NCBI GenBank assembly: GCA_934149245.1
Contig: CAKPER010000004.1
Location: 3,757-67,756, forward strand
Source of the DNA: an uncultured Bacilli bacterium
GTDB lineage: Bacteria > Bacillota_I > Bacilli_A > RF39 > UBA660
Direction of reading: 5' to 3'
DNA length: 64,000 bases
The notes under the pieces were generated by a model that did no database searches, had not been told where the DNA came from, and saw nothing but the letters and a program-made list of their open reading frames with translations. Positions within the stretch are counted from its first letter, which is position 1. Each line of letters opens with the position of its first letter. The position numbers and the translations under genes were made by a program. Below are positions 27,634 to 36,562 of the stretch, in pieces.

Positions 27634-28416
27634 ATGAATTTTAATGTTGTAGAGGTGGAATTTGATTTAGTAAAAAAGCATGAATTTTTTTTAAATAAAA
27701 GTTATTCTTTGAAAAGTGGAATAACCATAATAGTTAATTCTGAGAGAGGTTTACAATTTGGAAGAGTAGTGAATATTAATGATGATGTGAATAATTTCTC
27801 AGAGTTAAATCTTTATGATGTTGTTAGAATTGCTAGTAAAAGTGATTATCAACAACATTTAAATAATTTAAAATCTATTGGTTCTGCTGTTAAGATTTGT
27901 AAGGAGTTGGTAAAAAAGAACAATTTATCTATGACTATTTTGGATGGAAGTTATAATTTTGATAGGACGCAACTTTTATTTAGATTTGTTGCTGATGAGA
28001 GGGTTGATTTTAGAAACCTTGCGAGAGAATTGGGTTCTATATTTAAAACAAGAATTGAATTGAGACAGATTGGAATTCGAGATAAATCTAAAGAAGTTGG
28101 AGGCATTGGTCCTTGTGGACGTATATTATGTTGTACTAGTTTTTTAAATAGTTTTGATAGCGTTACTATTAGTATGGCTAAAAATCAAGGAGTTTCTTTA
28201 AATCCTACTAAGATTAATGGTGTATGTGGTAGATTGTTATGTTGTTTGAAGTATGAGAATGATGTTTATTCTTATAATAAAAAAGATTTACCTCGTGTTG
28301 GTTCTAAAGTATCTATTTCGAATAAACAAGGAAAAGTTACTTTTGTAAATATATTAAAAAAAGAATATACTGTTATTTTTAATGATGGTAGTAAAAGTGT
28401 TATGAAAATTAATTAA
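27634..28416 (+). CDS. ricT: PSP1-domain protein RicT/YaaT (stage 0 sporulation protein)
   Basis: PSP1 C-terminal pattern with a Cys cluster (GPCGRILCCTSFL, GVCGRLLCCLKYE). It follows holB as in Bacillus. Confidence 0.9.
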   Translation: MNFNVVEVEFDLVKKHEFFLNKSYSLKSGITIIVNSERGLQFGRVVNINDDVNNFSELNLYDVVRIASKSDYQQHLNNLKSIGSAVKICKELVKKNNLSMTILDGSYNFDRTQLLFRFVADERVDFRNLARELGSIFKTRIELRQIGIRDKSKEVGGIGPCGRILCCTSFLNSFDSVTISMAKNQGVSLNPTKINGVCGRLLCCLKYENDVYSYNKKDLPRVGSKVSISNKQGKVTFVNILKKEYTVIFNDGSKSVMKIN

Positions 28417-28434
28417 TTTGTGGTGGTGATTTTT

Positions 28435-29295
28435 ATGTGGCAACTTAGTTATAATGATAATGCATCGTTATATTTGATTCCTACTCCTATAGGGAATCTT
28501 GAAGATATTACTATACGTGCAGTTAATGTTATTCGTAATGTGGATGTGATTTTTGCAGAGGATACTAGGGTAACCTATAATCTTTTGTGTTATTTAAAAA
28601 TATCTAAAAAATTGATTTCTTTACATGAACATAATGAAAATGTTATGAAAAATAGAGTACTTGACTACTTGAAAAATGGCAAATCAGTTGGTTTGGTTAC
28701 CGATAGAGGAACTCCAATTATAAGTGATCCTGGGTATAAGACAGTTAAATATATTACGGAACATGGATTTAATGTTATTGCGTTGCCAGGGCCATGTGCT
28801 TTTGTTTCAGCTCTTGTTGCTTCTGGAATTTCAGCAGATAATTTTGTGTTTGTTGGATTTTTAGAGAGTAAAAAAAGTAAGAAAAAAAAGCAGTTAGAAA
28901 ATTTGCAATATTACCAAGAAACATTGATTTTTTATGAGGCTCCACATAGAATTTTGGATACTATGAAATTAATTTTAGAGGTTTTTGGTGATAGATATGT
29001 TAGCCTTTCTAGAGAAATATCTAAAAAATATGAAAGTATTTATAGGGGATATATTAGTGATTTAATACCTACTTTAATTGATGTTAAAGGTGAATTTGTG
29101 ATAGTTGTTTCTGGATTTGAAAAAAGTGATGAAGAATTTTCAGAGGTTGATATTTTTGATAAGGTTTCTGAATATGTTGAGAAAGGATTTAGCAAAAAAG
29201 AAGCAATAAAACAAGTTTCTTATGATTTAAATTTAAGAAAGAATGTTGTATATGATGTTTATCATTCGTTATTGAAAGATGGTGATAGTTTATGA
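28435..29295 (+). CDS. rsmI: 16S rRNA (cytidine1402-2'-O)-methyltransferase RsmI
   Basis: The preferred start is ATG 28435 (GGTGGTGA 5 nt upstream). Tetrapyrrole-methylase-fold N-terminus LYLIPTPIGNLEDITIRA...IFAEDTR. Confidence 0.9.
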   Translation: MWQLSYNDNASLYLIPTPIGNLEDITIRAVNVIRNVDVIFAEDTRVTYNLLCYLKISKKLISLHEHNENVMKNRVLDYLKNGKSVGLVTDRGTPIISDPGYKTVKYITEHGFNVIALPGPCAFVSALVASGISADNFVFVGFLESKKSKKKKQLENLQYYQETLIFYEAPHRILDTMKLILEVFGDRYVSLSREISKKYESIYRGYISDLIPTLIDVKGEFVIVVSGFEKSDEEFSEVDIFDKVSEYVEKGFSKKEAIKQVSYDLNLRKNVVYDVYHSLLKDGDSL

Positions 29296-29852
29296 AGTTA
29301 ATATTTGGTTTAGGTAATCCTGGTTTGGAATATACAAAAACTCGTCATAATGTTGGATTTTCTTATTTAGATTATATTGCAGGTAAAAAAGGTCTTAAAT
29401 TTAAAGAGAGTAAGTTTAAGGCAGATGAAACTTCTTTTTTTATTAATAATGAGAAAATTTTACTTATAAAGCCACTTTCTTTTATGAATCTTTCTGGTGA
29501 AATTGTAAAAAAATATGTTGATTATTATGATGTTTCTTTAAAGGATATTTTAGTTATACATGATGATTTAGATATGATGCTTGGAAAAGTTAAAATTATG
29601 TTTGCTCATAATAGTGGGGGACATAATGGAATAAAAAATATTAATGATTGTTTAAAATCTAATCAATATGCTCGACTTAAGATAGGAATTTCACGTGACT
29701 CTTCTATAGAAGTAAAAAATTATGTGTTAGGAAAATTTAATAAAGAAGAGTTAAATAAAATTCAGAATATTTTTGCTAATATTTCAGATTTAGTTGATGA
29801 TTTTTGTATTATTTCAATTTCAGAATTAATGAATAAATATAATAAAAAATAA
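29292..29852 (+). CDS. pth: Peptidyl-tRNA hydrolase
   Basis: MKLIFGLGNPG...YTKTRHNVGF signature. Its ATG overlaps the rsmI TGA stop. Confidence 0.93.
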   Translation: MKLIFGLGNPGLEYTKTRHNVGFSYLDYIAGKKGLKFKESKFKADETSFFINNEKILLIKPLSFMNLSGEIVKKYVDYYDVSLKDILVIHDDLDMMLGKVKIMFAHNSGGHNGIKNINDCLKSNQYARLKIGISRDSSIEVKNYVLGKFNKEELNKIQNIFANISDLVDDFCIISISELMNKYNKK

Positions 29853-29870
29853 TATTATAAGGAGATATTT

Positions 29871-32800
29871 ATGATGGGATTTTTTTCTAATTTATTTGAA
29901 ATTAAGGATAGTAATTATTTTGCTGTTTCTGGACTAAATTTGGAACTTTTTTCTTTGTATATTTATGATACTTATTTAAAAAAACAAAGAGGTATGATTG
30001 TGGTAACTAATTCTTTGTATGAAGCAAATATGTTAGTTGATACTATTACTAATTATACTGATAAGGTTTTATTTTTTCCAATGGATGATTTTATTACTAG
30101 TGAGGCTTTGGCGATTAGTCCAGAATTTAAAAGTGAACGAATTAATGCAATTAATAAATTGGTTGATGATAATAATTATATTGTTATAACTAATTTAATG
30201 GGAATTTTGAGATATTTACCTTCTGTTGATGTTTGGAAAAATTCTATTTTAGAAATATATCAAGGTCAAAAAATTGATAGATTTTTATTACAGAAAAAAT
30301 TATTGGAATTAGGCTATGAAAAAGAGACTATAGTTTCTGAAACCGGCAAAATAGGTGTTAGAGGGTTTGTTTTAGATATATTTCCTATTGGAGAAGAAAA
30401 TCCAATAAGAATTGAATTTTGGGATAACGAAATTGAAAGTATAAAATATTTTGATGTTTCTTCTCAATTATCTAATATTGAGGTAAAAAGGATAAAAATT
30501 TTTCCATTTACGGAATTTCTTCTTGATAATGAAAAAAGTGATGTAATATTTAAACAAAAATATTTAAAGTATTATTCTAAGAAAATTGCTGGTTTATGGA
30601 ATTATATAGATAATTCTTTAGTATTTTACTATGATTATAATCAAATATTAGATTCTTATAGATTATTAAGAAAAACAATATTGGATTATGATATGGAAAA
30701 AGAGTCAATTATTGATACTGAATATATGTTTGATTTGAGAGATTTGAATTTTGAACAAGAAGTTTTTTTGATGCCATTTGATAGTTTACTTAAAGATATA
30801 AAAGTAAATGAGTATATTAGATATACATCTTATGAAATAGAAAAATATAATGCTAATTTAAAAAAAATAAAAAGTGATTTAGAAAAATTTTTACGAGAGA
30901 AAAAAACTATAATTATATGTGCTGATGATAAGAAGATTGTTAATAAAATTATAGAATATTTTGATGATGTTGATTTTTTAATTACGTCTGATGATAATAT
31001 TTTTTTAGAAAAAATTAATATTATTGAAAAGAAAATAAAAAAAGGGTTTATGTATGAGAATTATATTGTTATTTCTACTAATGATCTATTTGGTGGCGCT
31101 AATAAGATTAAGTATAATAATAAGTTTAAGCTAGGTGTTAAAGTTGATACTGTGGATAGTTTAACTAAAGGTGATTATGTTGTTCATGTTGATCATGGGA
31201 TTGGTATCTATGATGAATTATGTACAATTAAAAAAAATGGCTATAAAAAAGATTATATAAAGTTGATATATTCTGGTAATGATGTTTTGTATATACCGAT
31301 TGAAAATATTGATAGAATTAGTAAATTTTCTGCAAGAGATGGAATTATTGTTAAATTAGATAGTTTAGGAAATGATAAATGGCAAAAAAGAAAAGCAAGG
31401 GTTAAAGGAAGACTTGAAGAGATGGCTTCTAATTTACTTAAAATTTATGCAGAACGTGAATCAAAAAAAGGCTATTCTTTTTCTAAGGATGATGAAAATC
31501 AAGTTCTTTTTGATAGTAGTTTTATTTATACAGAAACTCCTGATCAATTAAGAGCAATTAATATTATAAAGGAAGCTATGGAAAAGCCTAAACCAATGGA
31601 TATGTTGTTATGTGGTGATGTAGGTTATGGAAAGACTGAAGTTGCTTTTAGGGCTATGTTTAAAGCTATTAATGATGGAAAGCAAGTGGCTTATCTTTGT
31701 CCTACTACTATTTTATCAAATCAACAGTATAATAACGCTTTAGTTAGATTTAAAGATTTTCCAGTAAATATTGCTATATTGAACCGTTTTGTTTCTAAAA
31801 AGGATCAGCAAATTATAATAAAAAAATTAATTGAAGGCAAAATAGATATATTGTTTGGAACCCATCGTATTTTAAGCAAAGATATAGGGTTTAAAGATAT
31901 AGGGTTATTGGTTATAGATGAAGAGCAAAGATTTGGTGTTACTCATAAGGAGAAGATAAAGGAATATAAATCTAACATTGATGTTTTAACTTTGTCTGCA
32001 ACTCCAATTCCAAGAACATTGCAGATGTCTATGTCAGGTATAAGAAGTCTGGCATTAATTGAAACGCCTCCCGAACATCGATTACCAATTCAAACTTATG
32101 TTTTGGGAGAAAATAATAATATTATAAAAGATGCTATTTACAAAGAATTATCTCGTAAGGGGCAGGCATTTATATTATTTAATTCAGTGTCTAAAATAGA
32201 GAGAAAAGTCTTGGAAATAAATGAATTAGTTCCTGAGGCTAGAATTGATTTTGCTCATGGTCAGATGACTAAGCTAGAGCTGGAAAATAAAATGCAAAAT
32301 TTTATTGATTATAAATATGATGTTATGATATGTACTACTATAATTGAAACAGGAATAGATATTCCAAATGTTAATACATTAATTGTGTTAGATGCAGATA
32401 AATTTGGGCTTTCTCAGTTGTATCAAATTAGAGGTAGAATAGGAAGAAGTGACAAGATAGGCTATGCATATTTAATGTATAATGATAGAAAGGAATTAAA
32501 TGATATTGCTGTTAAAAGATTAAATACAATAAAGGAGTTTACAGAGCTTGGAAGTGGTTTTAAGATTGCTATGCGAGATTTATCTATTAGAGGTGCAGGA
32601 GATATTTTAGGTAGTGAACAATCTGGCTTTATTGATTCTATAGGAATAGATTTATATTTAAAGATGTTAAAAGATGCTGTTGATAAATTAAAAGGTAAAA
32701 ATACTGAAAATAGTGAATCGGATAATCCTGATAATAAATCTTTAATAAATGTTGATACATATATAAGTGATGATTATGTAAATGATGATGATCTTAAAAT

Positions 32801-33200
32801 AGAATTACATAAGAAGATAAATAGCATAAGTTCTTTGGAAGAATTATTTGAAATAAAAGCTGAGATAGAGAATAGATTTGGAAAGATTAATAGAGAAATG
32901 GAATTATATATGTATGAAGAACTATTTGAAAAATTGGCAAAGAAAATAGAAGTCATTAACGTTGTACAAACTAATAGTTATATTGATTTAGAGTTATCTT
33001 CTCAAATTAGTAAGAAAATAGATGGTGAAAGTTTGTTTTTACTTGCTTATGATGTTAGCGAAAATTTTAGATTGAAATTTAATAATAATAAGATTCATAT
33101 TATTTTAGATTTTATTAATTTGGATAAACATTTTTTGGTTTATTTAATTGAAATTTCTTCTAGATTAATAGATTTATTAAAAAAGGAAAGTAATGATTAA
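29871..33200 (+). CDS. mfd: Transcription-repair coupling factor Mfd
   Basis: 1109 aa. CarD-like domain (GDYVVHVDHGIG), helicase motifs (GDVGYGKTEVA, DEEQRFG, SATPIPRT) and a TRG-like region. Confidence 0.97.
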   Translation: MMGFFSNLFEIKDSNYFAVSGLNLELFSLYIYDTYLKKQRGMIVVTNSLYEANMLVDTITNYTDKVLFFPMDDFITSEALAISPEFKSERINAINKLVDDNNYIVITNLMGILRYLPSVDVWKNSILEIYQGQKIDRFLLQKKLLELGYEKETIVSETGKIGVRGFVLDIFPIGEENPIRIEFWDNEIESIKYFDVSSQLSNIEVKRIKIFPFTEFLLDNEKSDVIFKQKYLKYYSKKIAGLWNYIDNSLVFYYDYNQILDSYRLLRKTILDYDMEKESIIDTEYMFDLRDLNFEQEVFLMPFDSLLKDIKVNEYIRYTSYEIEKYNANLKKIKSDLEKFLREKKTIIICADDKKIVNKIIEYFDDVDFLITSDDNIFLEKINIIEKKIKKGFMYENYIVISTNDLFGGANKIKYNNKFKLGVKVDTVDSLTKGDYVVHVDHGIGIYDELCTIKKNGYKKDYIKLIYSGNDVLYIPIENIDRISKFSARDGIIVKLDSLGNDKWQKRKARVKGRLEEMASNLLKIYAERESKKGYSFSKDDENQVLFDSSFIYTETPDQLRAINIIKEAMEKPKPMDMLLCGDVGYGKTEVAFRAMFKAINDGKQVAYLCPTTILSNQQYNNALVRFKDFPVNIAILNRFVSKKDQQIIIKKLIEGKIDILFGTHRILSKDIGFKDIGLLVIDEEQRFGVTHKEKIKEYKSNIDVLTLSATPIPRTLQMSMSGIRSLALIETPPEHRLPIQTYVLGENNNIIKDAIYKELSRKGQAFILFNSVSKIERKVLEINELVPEARIDFAHGQMTKLELENKMQNFIDYKYDVMICTTIIETGIDIPNVNTLIVLDADKFGLSQLYQIRGRIGRSDKIGYAYLMYNDRKELNDIAVKRLNTIKEFTELGSGFKIAMRDLSIRGAGDILGSEQSGFIDSIGIDLYLKMLKDAVDKLKGKNTENSESDNPDNKSLINVDTYISDDYVNDDDLKIELHKKINSISSLEELFEIKAEIENRFGKINREMELYMYEELFEKLAKKIEVINVVQTNSYIDLELSSQISKKIDGESLFLLAYDVSENFRLKFNNNKIHIILDFINLDKHFLVYLIEISSRLIDLLKKESND

Positions 33201-33220
33201 TAAATGAGGTGTTGCAGTTT

Positions 33221-34315
33221 ATGAATATTTTTAGTTATATTGATAAATATGGTGTTTATTCTTTTGATGAATTAGAATTCAATGATGTAGATAATCTGAT
33301 TTTTTCTTCATTATCATATGTTGATTTAGGAGATTATGTTAGTGCAAATAGGTTTAATAAAAAAAATATATCTTCTGTTGGAAAAGCTTTTTTTGAAAAG
33401 TTTGATTCTAAATCTAAGAATATAATTGCTACTAAAACTGGAATAAAGGTGTTAGAAAACATTATGAATACTAGAAGATTTTCTTCTCTGATGCTATATA
33501 ATTATTCTTATATTGGTGATGATAAACAACAATTTAGTGCAATTACAATTGATATTAATTCTAAATTGTCGTATGTTTCTTATGAAGGTACTGATCATTT
33601 GATTAGTGGATGGCATGAGGATTTTATGATGGCATATGAATTTCCAGTGTTATCTCAAAGAAGGGCAATAGATTATTTAAATCGTCATTTTTTGTTTAAT
33701 AATAGGGATATAATTCTTGGTGGACATTCTAAAGGTGGGAATTTAGCTATGGTTGCTGGAATGTATGCTAATTTTTGGGTTAAGGATCGAATAATTAAAA
33801 TTTATAGTAATGATGGTCCTGGACTTAGAAAAAAGGAAATATCTAGTAAGTATTATCTTAGTATAAAAGAAAAGTTAGTTCATATAATTCCTAATTATAG
33901 TATTGTTGGATTAGTTTTGCGACATGATGATAATTATTTTGTAGTACGTTCTTATAAAAAAAGTATATATTCTCATAGTTTAGATACTTGGGTAGTTCAA
34001 GATAATAAATTAGAACAGGCTCCTTTGAGTTCTTTTAGTAAAATTTTTGATGAGAGTATGATTAACTGGTTGGATATGTACAGTGATGAAGAAAGAAGAA
34101 TGTTTGTTGATGCATTATTTTTGATTTTTGAACAAGCTGGTATTGTTAGTTTGAAGGATATTTTAAACAATAAGAAGATTATTTTTAAGTTGATTATGAA
34201 ATCAAATCAATTTGATAAAAAAACTAAATCTATGATTAGAGACTTTCTTTATGTTTTTTTTAGTTGTTTCAAAGAAATAAAATCACAGGAATTACTTGGC
34301 CGTTCAAATAAATAA
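33221..34315 (+). CDS. DUF2974 (Mbeg1-like) alpha/beta-hydrolase-fold protein
   Basis: Nucleophile-elbow-like GGHSKGGNLA and the overall DUF2974 pattern. The preferred start is ATG 33221. Confidence 0.65.
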   Translation: MNIFSYIDKYGVYSFDELEFNDVDNLIFSSLSYVDLGDYVSANRFNKKNISSVGKAFFEKFDSKSKNIIATKTGIKVLENIMNTRRFSSLMLYNYSYIGDDKQQFSAITIDINSKLSYVSYEGTDHLISGWHEDFMMAYEFPVLSQRRAIDYLNRHFLFNNRDIILGGHSKGGNLAMVAGMYANFWVKDRIIKIYSNDGPGLRKKEISSKYYLSIKEKLVHIIPNYSIVGLVLRHDDNYFVVRSYKKSIYSHSLDTWVVQDNKLEQAPLSSFSKIFDESMINWLDMYSDEERRMFVDALFLIFEQAGIVSLKDILNNKKIIFKLIMKSNQFDKKTKSMIRDFLYVFFSCFKEIKSQELLGRSNK

Positions 34316-34379
34316 ATTTATTTATAACTTTTTTCTTTTTTGTGATATAATCTTAGTATAGAATAGTGGAGGGATAATT

Positions 34380-35399
34380 ATGAAGTGTGTTTCTATTTCA
34401 GGGGTAAAAAAATTTGTTTTAAAAGAAAAAAATAAACCAATTTCAAGAGATGGTTCTGTTATTATTGATGTTAAATCGTGTGGAATATGTGGCTCAGATA
34501 TACATTATTGGTTATCTGGTCAACCAGTTGGACTAATTATGGGACATGAATTTGCTGGTGTAGTGGTTGATCCTGGGAGTAGGAGTGATTTGAAAAAGGG
34601 AGATAGAGTTACAGGCTTGCCTATTTCTCCTTGTATGAAGTGTGATGCTTGTCATAGTGGTAATTACCAGTATTGTTCTGAAACTTGGACTGATGCTGTT
34701 GGCTTGTCTTTAGATAATTCTGGAGCTTATGCAGAATATACTAGTTGTAGACCTGATATGATTAGGAAAATTCCTAATGGTGTTAGTTATGATGCTGCTT
34801 GTATGGTTGAACCATCAGCTGTTAGTTTGCATGCAGTAAATTTGGCTTCTATTAAAATTGGTGATACTGTTTTGATAATTGGTGGTGGTATTATTGGTTT
34901 GATGGCAGCAGAGTTTGCTAAAATGAATGGTGCTAGTTATGTTGTATTGTTGGAAACAAATAAAAAAAGAGGGAAAAAGGCTGTTAATTATGGAAAAATT
35001 GATGAATATTATGATGCTTTAAATCCTAATTCTGTTTCTCAATTGATTACAAAAACAAATGGTGGATTTGATAAAGTCATAGATTGTTGTGGTAATGCAG
35101 CAGCTGTTAGTGAAGCTTTGTCTTGTGTAAAAGCAGGTGGAAAAGTTATAATGGTAGGTGTTTCAATGGATAGTATACCTGTTCCTACTATTTTAGGAGT
35201 AATGAGAGAGGTAACTATGCAGGGTTCAATAGCTTACACTCCAATAGAATTTGATAAATGTATTGATTTAATTTCTGGTAAAAAAATTAATGTTACTAAG
35301 TATATTGATGATTTTATAAAATTAGATGAGGCTCAAGAAGCGTTTGAACGTTTAACTAGTGGTAAGGATGCTGCTGTTAAAATTATTTTTAAGCCTTAA
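34380..35399 (+). CDS. Zinc-dependent medium-chain alcohol/polyol dehydrogenase (threonine/sorbitol dehydrogenase-like)
   Basis: CGICGSDIH, GHEFAGVV, a structural-Zn Cys cluster (CMKCDACHSGNYQYC) and a Rossmann motif GGGIIGLMAA. Confidence 0.85.
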   Translation: MKCVSISGVKKFVLKEKNKPISRDGSVIIDVKSCGICGSDIHYWLSGQPVGLIMGHEFAGVVVDPGSRSDLKKGDRVTGLPISPCMKCDACHSGNYQYCSETWTDAVGLSLDNSGAYAEYTSCRPDMIRKIPNGVSYDAACMVEPSAVSLHAVNLASIKIGDTVLIIGGGIIGLMAAEFAKMNGASYVVLLETNKKRGKKAVNYGKIDEYYDALNPNSVSQLITKTNGGFDKVIDCCGNAAAVSEALSCVKAGGKVIMVGVSMDSIPVPTILGVMREVTMQGSIAYTPIEFDKCIDLISGKKINVTKYIDDFIKLDEAQEAFERLTSGKDAAVKIIFKP

Positions 35400-35463
35400 T
35401 ATTTTTTGCATAGATTATTTATTAATGTTAATAATATTAGTGTAGTGTTAAATTTTGATTTTT

Positions 35464-35505
35464 TTAGCAATCTCTATTGACAATTGCTAAAAACAGTGCT
35501 ATCAT
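35464..35505 (+). promoter_or_regulatory. SigA-type promoter overlapped by a CIRCE-like inverted repeat, upstream of hsp20
   Basis: TTAGCAATC-N9-AATTGCTAA (35464-35490) compared with CIRCE TTAGCACTC-N9-GAGTGCTAA. The -35 TTGACA is at 35477-35482, the spacer is 17 nt, and the -10 TATCAT is at 35500-35505. Confidence 0.55.
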
Positions 35506-35529
35506 TAGTAATGAAAGGTGATGATAAAT

Positions 35530-35940
35530 ATGGCTTTAATACCAAGATTGATGCCAAATTATTTGGATGGTGTATTTGATGATTTTTTTACTCCTGTTAA
35601 GGATAGTGAATTTTCTAGAATGAAGTGTGATATTTATTTGAAAGATGATAACTATATTATGGAAATGGATATTCCAGGTTTTAATAAGGAAGATGTGAAA
35701 ATTGAAGTTGATGATAATGATTATCTTACTATAACTGCTGAAAAATCTAATGAAAGTTCTGATGATGAAAAGGAATATGTTAGAAAAGAAAGATGCTATG
35801 GTAAATACCAAAGAAGCTTTTATGTTGGGGATATAGATAAAGAAAATATTGATGCTTCATTTGAAAATGGTATTTTAAAAGTTACTATGCCAAAAAAACA
35901 AGAAGAAAAATCATCTAAAAAAACTATTGAAGTTAAATAG
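35530..35940 (+). CDS. Small heat-shock protein (Hsp20/alpha-crystallin family)
   Basis: Alpha-crystallin domain pattern (DIYLKDDNYIMEMDIPGFNKEDVKIEV...LTITAEK...FENGILKVTMPK). The preferred start is ATG 35530. Confidence 0.9.
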   Translation: MALIPRLMPNYLDGVFDDFFTPVKDSEFSRMKCDIYLKDDNYIMEMDIPGFNKEDVKIEVDDNDYLTITAEKSNESSDDEKEYVRKERCYGKYQRSFYVGDIDKENIDASFENGILKVTMPKKQEEKSSKKTIEVK

Positions 35941-36028
35941 ATTTATAAATAAAAAAAGGTCTTTATGATCTTTTTTTTAGTATATTTTTTCTTAATTATG
36001 GGAAACTATTTATAGAATGAGGTGACTT

Positions 36029-36562
36029 ATGAAAACAACTGGTATAATTAGAAGAATAGATGATTTAGGAAGAATAGTTATTCCAAAAGAATTAAGAAGA
36101 AATTTAAGAATTCAAAATGGTGATTCTTTAGAAATATTTGTTGATTTGAATTCCATTGTATTAAAAAAATACTCTCCTATGGAAAGTATTGAAGAATCTG
36201 CACTTAAGTATGTAAATAGCTTTAATCAAGTTCTTAAGCGTAATGTTATTGTTTGTGATAAGGAGAAAGTTATTGCTGTAAGTGGCGAATTACGTAAGAA
36301 ATATATTGGAAAAGGTATAAGTGAACAAATGATGCATAGTATGGAGAGACGGGATAGTTTTGTTGAAAGGCAAAAAAAAGAATTTTCCTTTGTTGATGGA
36401 ATTACGGATGTTGGATATTATTCTTTTTGCTCAATAGTTAGTAATGGTGATCTTTTAGGTGCTGTTATTATTGTATCGCTTACTTCTGCATTATCAGAGT
36501 CTGAGGAGCAGATGGCGGTTATTTTAGCTAAATTACTTGAAAATAAATTTATTTGTGATTAG
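36029..36562 (+). CDS. spoVT: Stage V sporulation protein T (AbrB-family regulator with GAF-like C-terminal domain)
   Basis: SpoVT/AbrB N-terminus MKTTGIIRRIDDLGRIVIPKELRRNLRI..GD.LEIF. The 177-aa length is typical of SpoVT. Confidence 0.9.
   Translation: MKTTGIIRRIDDLGRIVIPKELRRNLRIQNGDSLEIFVDLNSIVLKKYSPMESIEESALKYVNSFNQVLKRNVIVCDKEKVIAVSGELRKKYIGKGISEQMMHSMERRDSFVERQKKEFSFVDGITDVGYYSFCSIVSNGDLLGAVIIVSLTSALSESEEQMAVILAKLLENKFICD

Noticed and set aside
29292-29295. I considered whether the extreme AT content and Mollicute-like look meant genetic code 4 (TGA = Trp).
   Set aside because: TGA functions as a stop, for example rsmI ending in the ATGA overlap with pth. All conserved genes are full length under the standard code, with no in-frame TGA needed.
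29685-29700. CACGTG cores in pth (aatttcacgtgactct) and in serS (~56781-56796, gtctccacgtggattg), considered as possible extra parS sites.
   Set aside because: The pth site has five mismatches to TGTTTCACGTGAAACA outside the core, and the serS site likewise fails to match the flanks. These are ordinary coding sequence.
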